Source: an uncultured Verrucomicrobiae bacterium
Lineage (GTDB): Bacteria; Verrucomicrobiota; Verrucomicrobiia; Chthoniobacterales; JAATET01
Assembly (NCBI GenBank): GCA_963719495.1
Contig: CAVRCI010000004.1
Location: 256,001-320,000, forward strand
Direction of reading: 5' to 3'
Length of the DNA: 64,000 bases
The position numbers and the translations under genes are program-made. The notes beneath the pieces are model-generated. The model worked only from the letters and a program-made list of their open reading frames with translations. It did not search any database and was not told the DNA's origin. Shown piece after piece: positions 50,332 through 59,639 of this stretch (positions within the stretch are counted from its first letter, which is position 1; the number at the start of each line of letters is the position of its first letter).

Positions 50332-52893
50332 ATGCACACTCAACGCGTCCTGAAACCGCTTTCCTACTTCGTTCTCCCGGCACTCATTACGCTGATTATC
50401 TACGGAGCACCCGCTCGCGAGATCGCCCTACCCGAGAAAATGGCGGGACCGTGGAGCACGACAATCGACGTATTCCGCTCGAACGGGGCGCTTTGGTATC
50501 AGGAAGATCTAATCTTGAAGTTCAAACCCACCCGCGATGCCGGTTTCTCGATCCGCTTTATCGCCCCCGCCGCCAAAGGAAAGGGCACTTTCGACGACCG
50601 CGGTCGTTTCCGGCAATCCACCCGGGCGCTGGTTCTCACGGAAACGGACGGCTCCGAGATGTCGAAAGTCGTCACGACCGGCAGATGGAAGCAGCGAGGC
50701 AGGACTCTCGCCCTGCGCGGCAAACGAAAGGTCACCACCGAGTCCGGAGAGAAATGGACCGAAAAATTCACCCAGCGTTTCATCGTCAAAGGAAAGCGTC
50801 TCTTCCGAATCGACAAAATCTCGGGCAACCCGCCCACCAAAATCGTGTTTCGCAAGGGCAAACGCCGAACCGCCAATGGCCGCGGCGGAGCGACCGATCC
50901 CGGAATCTCCAAGATCCTCGCGGTCTCGCCCGCGCCAAACGACTTCGGCGTCAGCCCGACCACCCAGGTGCTCATCGCCATCGATAATGTCGCCGCGATT
51001 GATCCGTCCACGCTCGTTCTCAGCGTCGGCAACCAAGTCGTCACCCGGTCCAGCAATCCGCCGCTGACATTCGTCGGCAACCAAGCCCGTTTCACCCCGG
51101 CCACCGCGCTCGACTCTCCCGCACAAACCATCCAAGCCGAGATCACCTACCAGGACTATTCCGGTCGTATTCACTCGCTCTCTTGGGAATTTGAGCTGGC
51201 CCGAACGCCCGAGGTCGCGCCGAATGTCACCGTATTCGGGTCTCCGCAGACTCAGGCCTCCGGTCAGGCGCTCTCTCCCGCCGCCACCGCGGTCGCCGCC
51301 CGAGCCGCGTTTCCACCCGCGACGGCGAAAGCCGTCTTGGCTCCGGGCACCTCGTGGGAACTGACCTCGATCAGCGCCAACGAAATCGAGATCAGCTACA
51401 CCGGCACCCCTCCCGTATTCGCCGTGGACGGTCTGATCTGCAACGGCGCGCCTCCGACCGCCAACGAGATATTCTACCGCCGCATCACCGCCACCAGCGA
51501 CAATGGAGTCGGCACGATCACGCTCACAACCGTCGACGTCCCGCTGACCGACTTCATCATCAACGGATCACTCCATCTCACCGGTGATGGATTCATCGTG
51601 CTCGATTCGACCGTCGCGTCTTCGTCCGCGCTGCTGCCACCCAATACAAAACATAGCGCGCTACTCGGCTCTTTCGACCTCTCCGGTTCCTTCGGCTGGG
51701 ACGCGGGCACCTTCGGAGAGATTTACCGGGACGTCACACTCGCCGATGTCGGCGTGGCTCGGGCATCTCTGGCCGAAGCCGGATACGAGATTTCACCCTA
51801 CCTCCGCGTTTCCTTCGACATTGAGGACAGCCAACTCGAACGCCTCACCGCAATGGCCGCCGCCGGTGTCCGTGCCAGTCTGATTCCGCGATTGCAGTAT
51901 TCCGCATCGTCGAGCCTCTCCGACTCACGCGAACTCCACAATCGGGACGTATTTCGCCTGATCGGTTTCATTGGAATCGTACCGATCTGGATCGAACTCG
52001 ATTTCACCCTCACCGCCAATCTCGCCGCAACCATCAGCGGAAGCGGAGACTTCCGCACCGGCTTCTCGCGCCGAGGTTCCCTTCGAACGTCCGTGACCTA
52101 CATCCGCGGCATCGAACCGATCTGGACGTCCTCCGCTCGGGGCACTCTTTTCGAGGAAGCCCTCGGATTCGATTCGTCGGAATACCAGGTCGACGGCGAC
52201 GGCACGATCGATTTGGGCCTTGAGGGTCGACTCGACGTTCTGCTCGACAGCCTCGCCGGCGTGTTCGTTTCCACCGAGCCGACCGTTGGGACCACCACGA
52301 AATGGAAAATCGAGAACGGAGACCTCGAAGGAATAATCTGGGAAAACCACGCATTTGCGCGCCTGTCCGCCGGACTCTCCATCGCTTTCACCACCATTGA
52401 CAACGGCTTCCCGAAAGCTGATCTCAGCCTTTTCGAAAGGAACTGGTGCGAAGCGTTCCCCAACCCCGCTCCCGAAGAACTCATTATCAGCCCAATAGAG
52501 CTGTCGGATCGCTCGGGAATTCATCTGGGACCGGACGGACCCGGTCGCGGGATTTCTTATCCTGGCGAATACGTCGGTGATCTTTTTGTCGATGTCTGTC
52601 CGATTCAGGACGCAACCTACCAATGGTTCGATGCGCTTGGAGCAATTCCCGGCGAAACGAATTTATCCTATCGGCTTCCGCCGCGCGACCAACGGCGAAC
52701 CGGCGATGCTCCAGCAAGAATACACGTCGAAATCTCAACTTCCGATGAAGAATTCGCAGAGCCTTTCCGCGAAAACGAGCCTACCGGCCCGGGAAGCGGT
52801 GGCGGAAGGCCCGGCGATGAATTCGCAGAGCCCTTTCGCGAAGACGAGCCTACCGGCCCGGGAAGCAGTGGCGGGAACCAAGGCGAGGGATGA
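50332..52893 (+). CDS. Large secreted multi-domain protein (basic N-terminal domain, Ig-like domain, acidic C-terminal repeats)
   Basis: Signal-like N-terminus; ILAVSPAPN..GV Ig-like start; two (D/E)EFAEPFRE.EPTGPGS repeats. Confidence 0.7.
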   Translation: MHTQRVLKPLSYFVLPALITLIIYGAPAREIALPEKMAGPWSTTIDVFRSNGALWYQEDLILKFKPTRDAGFSIRFIAPAAKGKGTFDDRGRFRQSTRALVLTETDGSEMSKVVTTGRWKQRGRTLALRGKRKVTTESGEKWTEKFTQRFIVKGKRLFRIDKISGNPPTKIVFRKGKRRTANGRGGATDPGISKILAVSPAPNDFGVSPTTQVLIAIDNVAAIDPSTLVLSVGNQVVTRSSNPPLTFVGNQARFTPATALDSPAQTIQAEITYQDYSGRIHSLSWEFELARTPEVAPNVTVFGSPQTQASGQALSPAATAVAARAAFPPATAKAVLAPGTSWELTSISANEIEISYTGTPPVFAVDGLICNGAPPTANEIFYRRITATSDNGVGTITLTTVDVPLTDFIINGSLHLTGDGFIVLDSTVASSSALLPPNTKHSALLGSFDLSGSFGWDAGTFGEIYRDVTLADVGVARASLAEAGYEISPYLRVSFDIEDSQLERLTAMAAAGVRASLIPRLQYSASSSLSDSRELHNRDVFRLIGFIGIVPIWIELDFTLTANLAATISGSGDFRTGFSRRGSLRTSVTYIRGIEPIWTSSARGTLFEEALGFDSSEYQVDGDGTIDLGLEGRLDVLLDSLAGVFVSTEPTVGTTTKWKIENGDLEGIIWENHAFARLSAGLSIAFTTIDNGFPKADLSLFERNWCEAFPNPAPEELIISPIELSDRSGIHLGPDGPGRGISYPGEYVGDLFVDVCPIQDATYQWFDALGAIPGETNLSYRLPPRDQRRTGDAPARIHVEISTSDEEFAEPFRENEPTGPGSGGGRPGDEFAEPFREDEPTGPGSSGGNQGEG

Positions 52894-53039
52894 ATTCGCC
52901 GAGAGATTCGTGGAACTCCCGAATGGCCTGGAAACCGGTGGAAGCGGGGGTGGGGACACTGGTTAGACTCTTCCCACGAACAATGAACCCGCCAAATCCT
53001 TCCTTGCCCCACTCCACTTTCGGCTCGAAGCTTTCAAAG

Positions 53040-53264
53040 ATGGACTGTCGCGGAATCATCACCATCGAGCCGGGCAAGCGGGGCGGGAAGTCTTGCGTTC
53101 GCGGGATGCGGATCACCGTTTACGACGTGCTCGGCTGGCTCTCCGCCGGAATGTGTCACGCCGAAATCCTCGAGGATTTCCCCGACCTGAACGCCGACGA
53201 CATTCGTGCCTGCCTCGCGTTTGTCGCCGATCGTGACCAACACCTCGTTGGAGGCGTCGCTTGA
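53040..53264 (+). CDS. DUF433 antitoxin-like protein
   Basis: ITIEPGKRGGKSCVRGMRITVYDVL..L..G...EIL.DFP.L...DI.ACL. Confidence 0.9.
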   Translation: MDCRGIITIEPGKRGGKSCVRGMRITVYDVLGWLSAGMCHAEILEDFPDLNADDIRACLAFVADRDQHLVGGVA

Positions 53265-53597
53265 AGATCCTCTTCGATCAATCATAATCTCAGCCACCGC
53301 CTCATCCAACGACTGGGCGACATCTTCCCGGATTCCACTCACGTCCGACAGATCGGCATGGAGAGCGAAGATGATCTCACGATCTGGGAATACGCGCGCG
53401 AACATGGCTACATCATCGCTACGCAGGACTCAGATTTCGCAGACTTTAACCGCTTACGGGGCGCACCACCAAAGATTCTTTGGCTTCGCTGTGGCAACCA
53501 GACGGTGACGGAAATCGAACGCCGAATCCGCACCTACTTTCCCCGAATCCAATTTCTGGAAACCGACCCGAAGATCGATGTCGTTGAAGTCTGGTAG
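53261..53597 (+). pseudogene. DUF5615 PIN-like toxin, frameshifted by a 4-bp duplication
   Basis: Repaired read MKILFDHNLSHRL...HV...DD..IWEYA....IIATQDSDF...PPKILWLRCGN; ATCA-ATCA at 53277-53284. Confidence 0.85.
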
Positions 53598-53736
53598 ATC
53601 CCCCACCTGCCTCCTCAGCCGATGCCTGTTAATCGGAACTTCACTGGAGTAAAAAGGCAGGGAAGCGCATGAATAGTAGGTTTGCAGCGATTTTTGGCTT
53701 CCAGCTACTGGCTACAGCGTGAATGGGGTCAGTCGA

Positions 53737-54001
53737 GAATGGCATTGTTTTAAGCGGAACGTCGGCAGGGCTGTAGCGGCGGTCTGTGACCGCCGGTGCC
53801 GTCAGACTCGGGTGCGCAAACCCAGCGAGATGGTTGGCGGCGGTCACAGACGCGCCGCCACAACTTCGCGCTCACCCCACCAACACCGCCAGCGTTGATC
53901 GAAAAGACCCCGGTTGCCAATGATCTCGCGCGGAACGGCCTCCAAGCCGTCCTCACCTCCTTGCGCTCTTCGCCGAAATTCCGCTTAAAACAGTGCCATT
54001 C
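53737..54001. mobile_element. MITE copy 2 (265 bp)
   Basis: GAATGGCATTGTTTTAAGCGGA...TCCGCTTAAAACAGTGCCATTC; highly similar to copy 1; TSD GGGTCAGTCGA with its right copy split by IS110. Confidence 0.9.
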
Positions 54002-54089
54002 GGGTCAGGCGGCATGAAAGGCTGATGAATAGAGCTTTGCTGGGAAGTGGGGCCCGGAGAGCCTGATAAAATGGATGGTGTAAGTTGGG

Positions 54090-55301
54090 GTGATGAAAAC
54101 CCAACGAAAAAGCCTACCGACGGAATCGAGCTTCATTGGCATCGATTATCACAAGAGATACAGCGTCTATTGCGTGGTCGATAGCCACGGCGAGGTGCTC
54201 GGCCAAGGGCGCATCGAGCACGCGATCAGCGGAGATTTTGGGCGGCTCGTCGAGCGGTGGCCGGGCTGCCGGATCGTCTTCGAAGCGAGCATGAACTGGC
54301 ACTGGCTCTACGAGATTCTCGAGCAGGTGATGCCCGCCGAGAACATCGTGTTGGCCAACCCGTTCAAGACGCGGATCATCGCCGAGGCTCAAATCAAGAC
54401 CGATAAGATCGACGCCCGAGCGTTGGCCAATCTGTTGCGGGCCAATTTGATTTCGAGCGTCCACATCCCCAGTCGCGAGACCCGCGACATCAAGAACGTG
54501 CTGCGCCAGCGTTGTTTCTTCGTGCGCCAACGCACGATGCTGCGCAACCGCATCCACCGCTTACTTGGTGGGCAGCACGAACTCAAACTTCCTGTCTGCA
54601 GCGATCTCTTCGGCAAGAAGGGGCTGAGTTTTCTGGAAAATCTCGAACTCCCGGAACCAGCCGGAATGCTGCTCACCCAGCAACTCGCCCTCCACAACGA
54701 GTTGGCCGCTCGCATCCGCCAAGACGAGGCAGCGCTCAAAGATCTCATGAGCCAAAGCCCCGAGCTCACCCACGTCTGCAGTCTCCCCGGGATGGGACCC
54801 ATCCTCGCAGCGGTTGTCGTCGCCGAGATCGACGACATCTCGCGCTTTGCCCCCGCGCAGAAGCTCTGCGGCTACGCGGGACTCTGCCCGGCGACGAGCA
54901 GCAGCGGCGGTAAGACCTACCACGGACGCCTGCTGCCCCAGTGCAACAAATGGCTGCGTTGGGCCTTCGTCGAGGCTGCCTGGGTAGCCGTTGGCTGCTC
55001 GCCCTACTTCGGCGACTACTACAAAAACAAACGCGCTCACGGCAAGAAAGCCAACACCGCCATTCTGGCCACCGCCCGCCGGATGGCCCGCATCACCTGG
55101 AGCCTCTTGACCCAGGGGCGTTCCTACACGAACTTTCCTGAATCCCAAAAGCTCCGAAGCCAGCGCCGTGACGCGGACGGGCAAACGCCTTCCCGATCCG
55201 GCCTGGCCAAGGAAAAAATTGAAGACATGAAAACCCCGAAAACACGCCAGGGACGCAAACGTCGATCTTCTCGAAAACAATTTCCCCAGCCGCTCCAATG
55301 A
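54090..55301 (+). CDS. IS110-family transposase/recombinase
   Basis: DEDD: GIDYHK, VFEAS, KTDKIDA; Tnp20 region SLPGMG, YAGL.P..SSSGG. Confidence 0.95.
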   Translation: MMKTQRKSLPTESSFIGIDYHKRYSVYCVVDSHGEVLGQGRIEHAISGDFGRLVERWPGCRIVFEASMNWHWLYEILEQVMPAENIVLANPFKTRIIAEAQIKTDKIDARALANLLRANLISSVHIPSRETRDIKNVLRQRCFFVRQRTMLRNRIHRLLGGQHELKLPVCSDLFGKKGLSFLENLELPEPAGMLLTQQLALHNELAARIRQDEAALKDLMSQSPELTHVCSLPGMGPILAAVVVAEIDDISRFAPAQKLCGYAGLCPATSSSGGKTYHGRLLPQCNKWLRWAFVEAAWVAVGCSPYFGDYYKNKRAHGKKANTAILATARRMARITWSLLTQGRSYTNFPESQKLRSQRRDADGQTPSRSGLAKEKIEDMKTPKTRQGRKRRSSRKQFPQPLQ

Positions 55302-55570
55302 ACGACTGGTTGGTCGCTAAGTCTTAGCACTTAGTCGGCGCACCTTGGGTCAGGATGGAGGGCTGGGGATCTGATCGCCACAATGGATGGGGGCCAGAAG
55401 TGCCCGCCCCGCAGAGAAGTGTGATTCCAGCATCGCTATCGTCCCAAGTTTACAGGCTCCTTCCCTCGATGTAAGAGCCCGCGCTTTTCCCTGCCCTGAT
55501 GGTCACCCATTGGGCGCTTTCTTCTGCGTTCCCCGCCCCACTCGGGCCAAGAACCCTCTAAATTAGACCG
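55302..55570 (+). ncRNA. Candidate bridge/seek RNA of the IS110 element (boundaries approximate)
   Basis: Contains GGGTCAG (55347-55353, left target+core) and CAGAGAAG (55412-55419, left donor+core). Confidence 0.6.
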
Positions 55571-55953
55571 TTGACAGCCCTTCGACCCTTTTTTCAGAGA
55601 AGTCGATCATTCGTGACCAGTTTGCGAACAGGGTTGCTCCTTCATGGTGAGGCTTCGCCAGGACGGGGTCGCTCTTTTTGCAATAGCACAGCATTGGCCG
55701 GACAAATCCGCGGAATGACCAAGCGATCCCACCCCCTGACCTCCCAATCCTTCGCGATAACCAGGCGAATCCTCGTGCAGAACTCAGGAATCCACGCTCA
55801 GTGATCTAAGGTGACCGACCCCCGTCACCGGAATCGGAGCGGACTTGTCGAAATCGATCGACTTCCTCCCTTATGCTCGGAGTAAACCAAACGCTCTCTG
55901 CGATTCAAACCGGAAAGAGGTCGGGGTGCGCGCGAGACGACCAGGTTCTCCGT

Positions 55954-58308
55954 TTAGCGACGAATGATGCGGAGTCTGAGGGTCTTGGAGCGGTTGCCTG
56001 ACGGGTCGAAGGCGCGGACTTTGATGAGGTTTTTTCGTTTGTTCTTCCTGGGGCGAACGATGGCTTTCCAGCGGTCGGTTCCGCGGGTTTTCTTGAATCC
56101 GCGTTTGCCGGGCACTTTGAATTCGACCCGCGTGATGCCCGATGCGTCGGTGGCGGTGCCGCGGAACACAATGCGGCGTCGGGTCGACTCGACGCGGCGG
56201 CGACCTTTTACGCGAACAATCGGGCGGGTGACGTCGGGGGTGGGTGCGATGATGGCGGTGGGCGGGAGGACGAAGACGTAGGCGGCTCCGGAGTCGGTCG
56301 CGGTGTTGTCATTGATGGCGAGGGGATTGTTGACGCCGATGGCGTTGCTGTCCTCTTCGGCGGCGCCGACGATGGCGGTCGTGCCCGAGATGGCGACGGC
56401 TCCCCCGAAGCGGTCGTCGGGGTCGGTGTTGGCGGATTTGAGATAAGTTTGTTGGGACCAGGTCGAGCCGGAGCGCACGAAGAGGTAGGCGGCACCGGAC
56501 TCGGGGTCGGTGTTGTCGAGTTGATTCCCGTCGATGCCGACGGCATTGCTGTCCTCGAAGATGCTGCCGACTATGAGATTCCCGCCCGAGAGTGCGAGGG
56601 AGCGGGCGAATTGGTCGCCATCCCCGGCGTTCGACGCTTTGAGATAAGCCTCGGGGAACCAGGTCGGGCCACTTCGGACGAACGTGTAGGCCGCGCCGGC
56701 GGCTTCGGCGCTGTTGTCGGTCTGGTTGCCGTTGATGGCGGTCGCGGTGCTGTCCTCGAAGGGAGCCCCGACGACGAGAAGATTGCCCGAGATGGAGAGC
56801 GAGGTGCCGAACTGATCACCCTGGCCGGAATTGGAGGCTTTGGCGTAGGCTTGCTGGACCCAGTTGGTGCCGTTGCGGGTGAAAATGTAGACTGCTCCGG
56901 CTCCGGGAGCGGTGTTGTCGGTCTGGTCACCGCCGATTCCGGTGGCTCCGCTGTCTTCGAGGGGGGCGGCGACGGCGAGGATGTCGCCGGAGATTGCGAC
57001 CGTGCTGCCGAAGCGGTCGTTGGCGGCGGGATTCGACGCTTTGAGGTAGGCTTGCTGACTCCAGGCGGCGCCATTGCGAACGAAAACGTAGGCCGCTCCG
57101 CTGCTGGCGGCGGAATTGTCGTTCGGGTTGCCGTTGACATCGGTTGCGTTGCTGGCCTCGAAGCGCGCGCCGACGACGATGGTGTCGCCGGAGATGGCGA
57201 CGGATTGACCGAATTCGTCGCCGCCGTCGGAATTAGACGCTTTGAGGTAGGCCTGTTGGGACCAGGCGGCTCCGTCGCGAACGAAGACGTAGGCGGCTCC
57301 GGCGGCGGACGCGCCACTGTTGTTTTGATTGCCGTCGATGATGTCCGCGTCGCTGTCTTCGAGATTTGCTCCGACGACGGAGGTGTTGCCGGAGATGGCC
57401 ACCGAAGCGCCGAATAGATCGGTGTCGTCGGTGTTCGAGGCCTTGAGGTAGGCCTGCTGGGTCCAGGTCGTGCCGTTTCGGACGAAAACGTAGACCGCAC
57501 CGGCAGAATTCAGACCGTTGTCGGTCTGGTCGCCACCGATCCCTTCGGCGTTACTTTCCTCGCCGACGGCAGCGACGATGGCGGTGTTGCCCGAGATTGC
57601 GACGGAACCGCCGAAAAGGTCGCCTGAGTCGGGGTTGGAGGCTTTGAAGAGGGCCTGCTGAGCGACGGGGTCGATGGTGATGGGGTAGCGGGCGGAGCGG
57701 TCGTCGACTTCGATGGCGAAGCCGGCGGGGTGGGCGATGAATCGGGTCGGCAGCGTCCGGCCTTCGGCGTCCCAGGCGAGGAGGCCGGAGTAACTGAGGA
57801 CGGGGGCCCCGGAGTCGTTGGTGAATTGGACCGAGTCGGTGGCGACGAGCGGCGTGAGGTTGCCGCGGGTGGAGAGGGCAAGGATGAGCGGGCGACCGGT
57901 GGCGTCGTCGTCGGTGCGCTCGGTGAGGGTCCAGCCTTGCTGCAGGCCGTGGGGGTGGTTGACGAACCACTCGGCGAGGGTGTCGGAGTGGCGGCGGGCC
58001 AGTCGATTTTCGTCGGCGGCGGCGGCGGGTTCGGGTTGTGAGCCGACGAGTGCGAGGCCCCAGGTCCAGTCACCCCGGTCGGGCTTCGCGAGGAAGCCGT
58101 GTTCGTCAAAGGTGAGGGTCCAGCCTTGAGCGGGATTGCGAGCCGCGTGAGAGCCGTCGGATTCGGAGGTCATGCGGTGCCGCCAGAGGTCGTGGGCGGA
58201 GCGGAGGCCCGACAAGTCGGTGGGGGTGACGTGGGTGGCTGCGAAAGCCGCCGGGAGGCAGGCCAACATAATGAGCGGGAAGATTATCTGCATGGCGGGG
58301 AGGGGCAT
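55954..58308 (-). CDS. Secreted FG-GAP (integrin-like beta-propeller) repeat protein with a basic C-terminal domain
   Basis: YPITIDP, seven D.FG.SVAISG...VGA..E..GAAYVF..W.QQAYLKASN repeats; ends NRSKTLRLRIIRR. Confidence 0.9.
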   Translation of the reverse strand: MPLPAMQIIFPLIMLACLPAAFAATHVTPTDLSGLRSAHDLWRHRMTSESDGSHAARNPAQGWTLTFDEHGFLAKPDRGDWTWGLALVGSQPEPAAAADENRLARRHSDTLAEWFVNHPHGLQQGWTLTERTDDDATGRPLILALSTRGNLTPLVATDSVQFTNDSGAPVLSYSGLLAWDAEGRTLPTRFIAHPAGFAIEVDDRSARYPITIDPVAQQALFKASNPDSGDLFGGSVAISGNTAIVAAVGEESNAEGIGGDQTDNGLNSAGAVYVFVRNGTTWTQQAYLKASNTDDTDLFGASVAISGNTSVVGANLEDSDADIIDGNQNNSGASAAGAAYVFVRDGAAWSQQAYLKASNSDGGDEFGQSVAISGDTIVVGARFEASNATDVNGNPNDNSAASSGAAYVFVRNGAAWSQQAYLKASNPAANDRFGSTVAISGDILAVAAPLEDSGATGIGGDQTDNTAPGAGAVYIFTRNGTNWVQQAYAKASNSGQGDQFGTSLSISGNLLVVGAPFEDSTATAINGNQTDNSAEAAGAAYTFVRSGPTWFPEAYLKASNAGDGDQFARSLALSGGNLIVGSIFEDSNAVGIDGNQLDNTDPESGAAYLFVRSGSTWSQQTYLKSANTDPDDRFGGAVAISGTTAIVGAAEEDSNAIGVNNPLAINDNTATDSGAAYVFVLPPTAIIAPTPDVTRPIVRVKGRRRVESTRRRIVFRGTATDASGITRVEFKVPGKRGFKKTRGTDRWKAIVRPRKNKRKNLIKVRAFDPSGNRSKTLRLRIIRR

Positions 58309-58534
58309 GGCGGGGAGGGTGCCGGAAACGTCGGGCCAGAAGCGGGAAGACGTGCTCTCACGAATTTTCAGTGTTCACGGTGTCGGCGGAAGGGTTGGAC
58401 TTCAGGTGATAGTTGGTCGATTGCCAGTGTCGATTGCCAGTTGCAAAACAATTGCTTGGGTCGCAAGAATGGTCCCGGTCGTGGGAGCGGGGGATGGATT
58501 CGAGAAAAATTGACCCTGACCGCTTGCTGGCTTG

Positions 58535-59350
58535 TCAGGAAACCGTGGATATTCTGATCCTGCGGAGAGCAATCAGGCCGATCACGCCGAGCGAGATCAG
58601 GGCCGTGGCAGCTGGCTCAGGAACGGCCGTCGCGTCGAGGCGCACGTTGTCGAAATCGACCTCCAGATCCGCTCCGGGAGCCGACGGATCGGTCACGTTG
58701 AGATTCACCAGTCGAATCGCGAGATTCTCGCCCAGATTGGTGTGGACGGCACCGGTGGTGAAGGTCACGGTGGAGAGGGCAAACTCCCCCTCAGCGATGC
58801 TGCCCGCGAGAGTATTGTTGTCGGATGCCAGGATCGTCGAGCCGGCCATCAGGTCGACCCGGTAACCGGGAAACCCGTCGAGATTGAAGAACGAGCCATT
58901 CGATGCGGTCCCCGATGCGATGTTTCCGATGTCGATTTGCAGGGTGTATTGCCGGTTTGCCAACAGCGTATCGCCGAGGATCTGGGAGAGTCCGTATTCG
59001 AGCCCTCCGCCGGTATCGGTCCGGCCCGCGAAATTGAAGGCGATGCCGACCCGGTTGCCCTCGGAGGCACCGCCCGGGAAGAAGGAAAAATCGCCCGGCT
59101 CAGGGGTGTCGGCGTTGAGTTGTGGAGTGAGAGTGCCGATGAAGAAATCCGGCCCGTTTCCGCCGCTGGTATCCAAGCCCGCCTCTTCGTAAAGTGCCCA
59201 TCCATTCAAGGGTCCGAAGGTAAATTCGTTGGAAGGAGTTTCGCCCGAGATGTCCTCGAATCCGGCGTTGACGACCGTAAGAGGCGCGGTGTGCGAGGCC
59301 GACGTTCCGACAAGGGCGAAAAACAGAGGGAGCAGATGGGCAATTTTCAT
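58535..59350 (-). CDS. PEP-CTERM secreted protein
   Basis: Signal peptide, VVNAGFE, FDNVRLDATAVPEPA+TM+RR. Confidence 0.9.
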   Translation of the reverse strand: MKIAHLLPLFFALVGTSASHTAPLTVVNAGFEDISGETPSNEFTFGPLNGWALYEEAGLDTSGGNGPDFFIGTLTPQLNADTPEPGDFSFFPGGASEGNRVGIAFNFAGRTDTGGGLEYGLSQILGDTLLANRQYTLQIDIGNIASGTASNGSFFNLDGFPGYRVDLMAGSTILASDNNTLAGSIAEGEFALSTVTFTTGAVHTNLGENLAIRLVNLNVTDPSAPGADLEVDFDNVRLDATAVPEPAATALISLGVIGLIALRRIRISTVS

Positions 59351-59639
59351 GAGGCGAAGAATCGGACGGTGGCAGATGGTCGCGCTTTCGATGCGGTTAC
59401 GCTAGCTCGTAAATTATTTGGAATCAACATTTGGTCCGAGGCGATGGCGATGAGGGGTGGAAGGTGTTGGACGCGGACGGTTTCGGCAGGTCAGCGGGAG
59501 TGAACGAGTTTTGTGGCGTGCGTGGGATTTGAAGCTTCGCTTTCGGGTTGGGGCGCCGGGCTGGATGCCCGGCGCGACAGGCAGGGATGCCTGTTCTACC
59601 CTTGATTGGATCGATGCGAGCGGTTTCGTGGGTGGTGAG

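Larger units (their letters stand above)
54007..55602 (+). mobile_element. IS110-family element (short left end, ~300-bp right non-coding end), flanked by an AG core
   Basis: Removing it restores GGGTC-AG-TCGA, identical to the MITE's left TSD. Confidence 0.85.

Noticed and set aside
47395..54001. Two MITE copies as ends of one composite transposon or att sites
   Set aside because: Each copy has its own distinct 11-bp TSD, indicating separate insertions.
55571..55600. TTGACA near the IS110 right end as half of a circle-junction promoter
   Set aside because: No convincing -10 hexamer at 16-18 bp spacing in either the linear or circular form.
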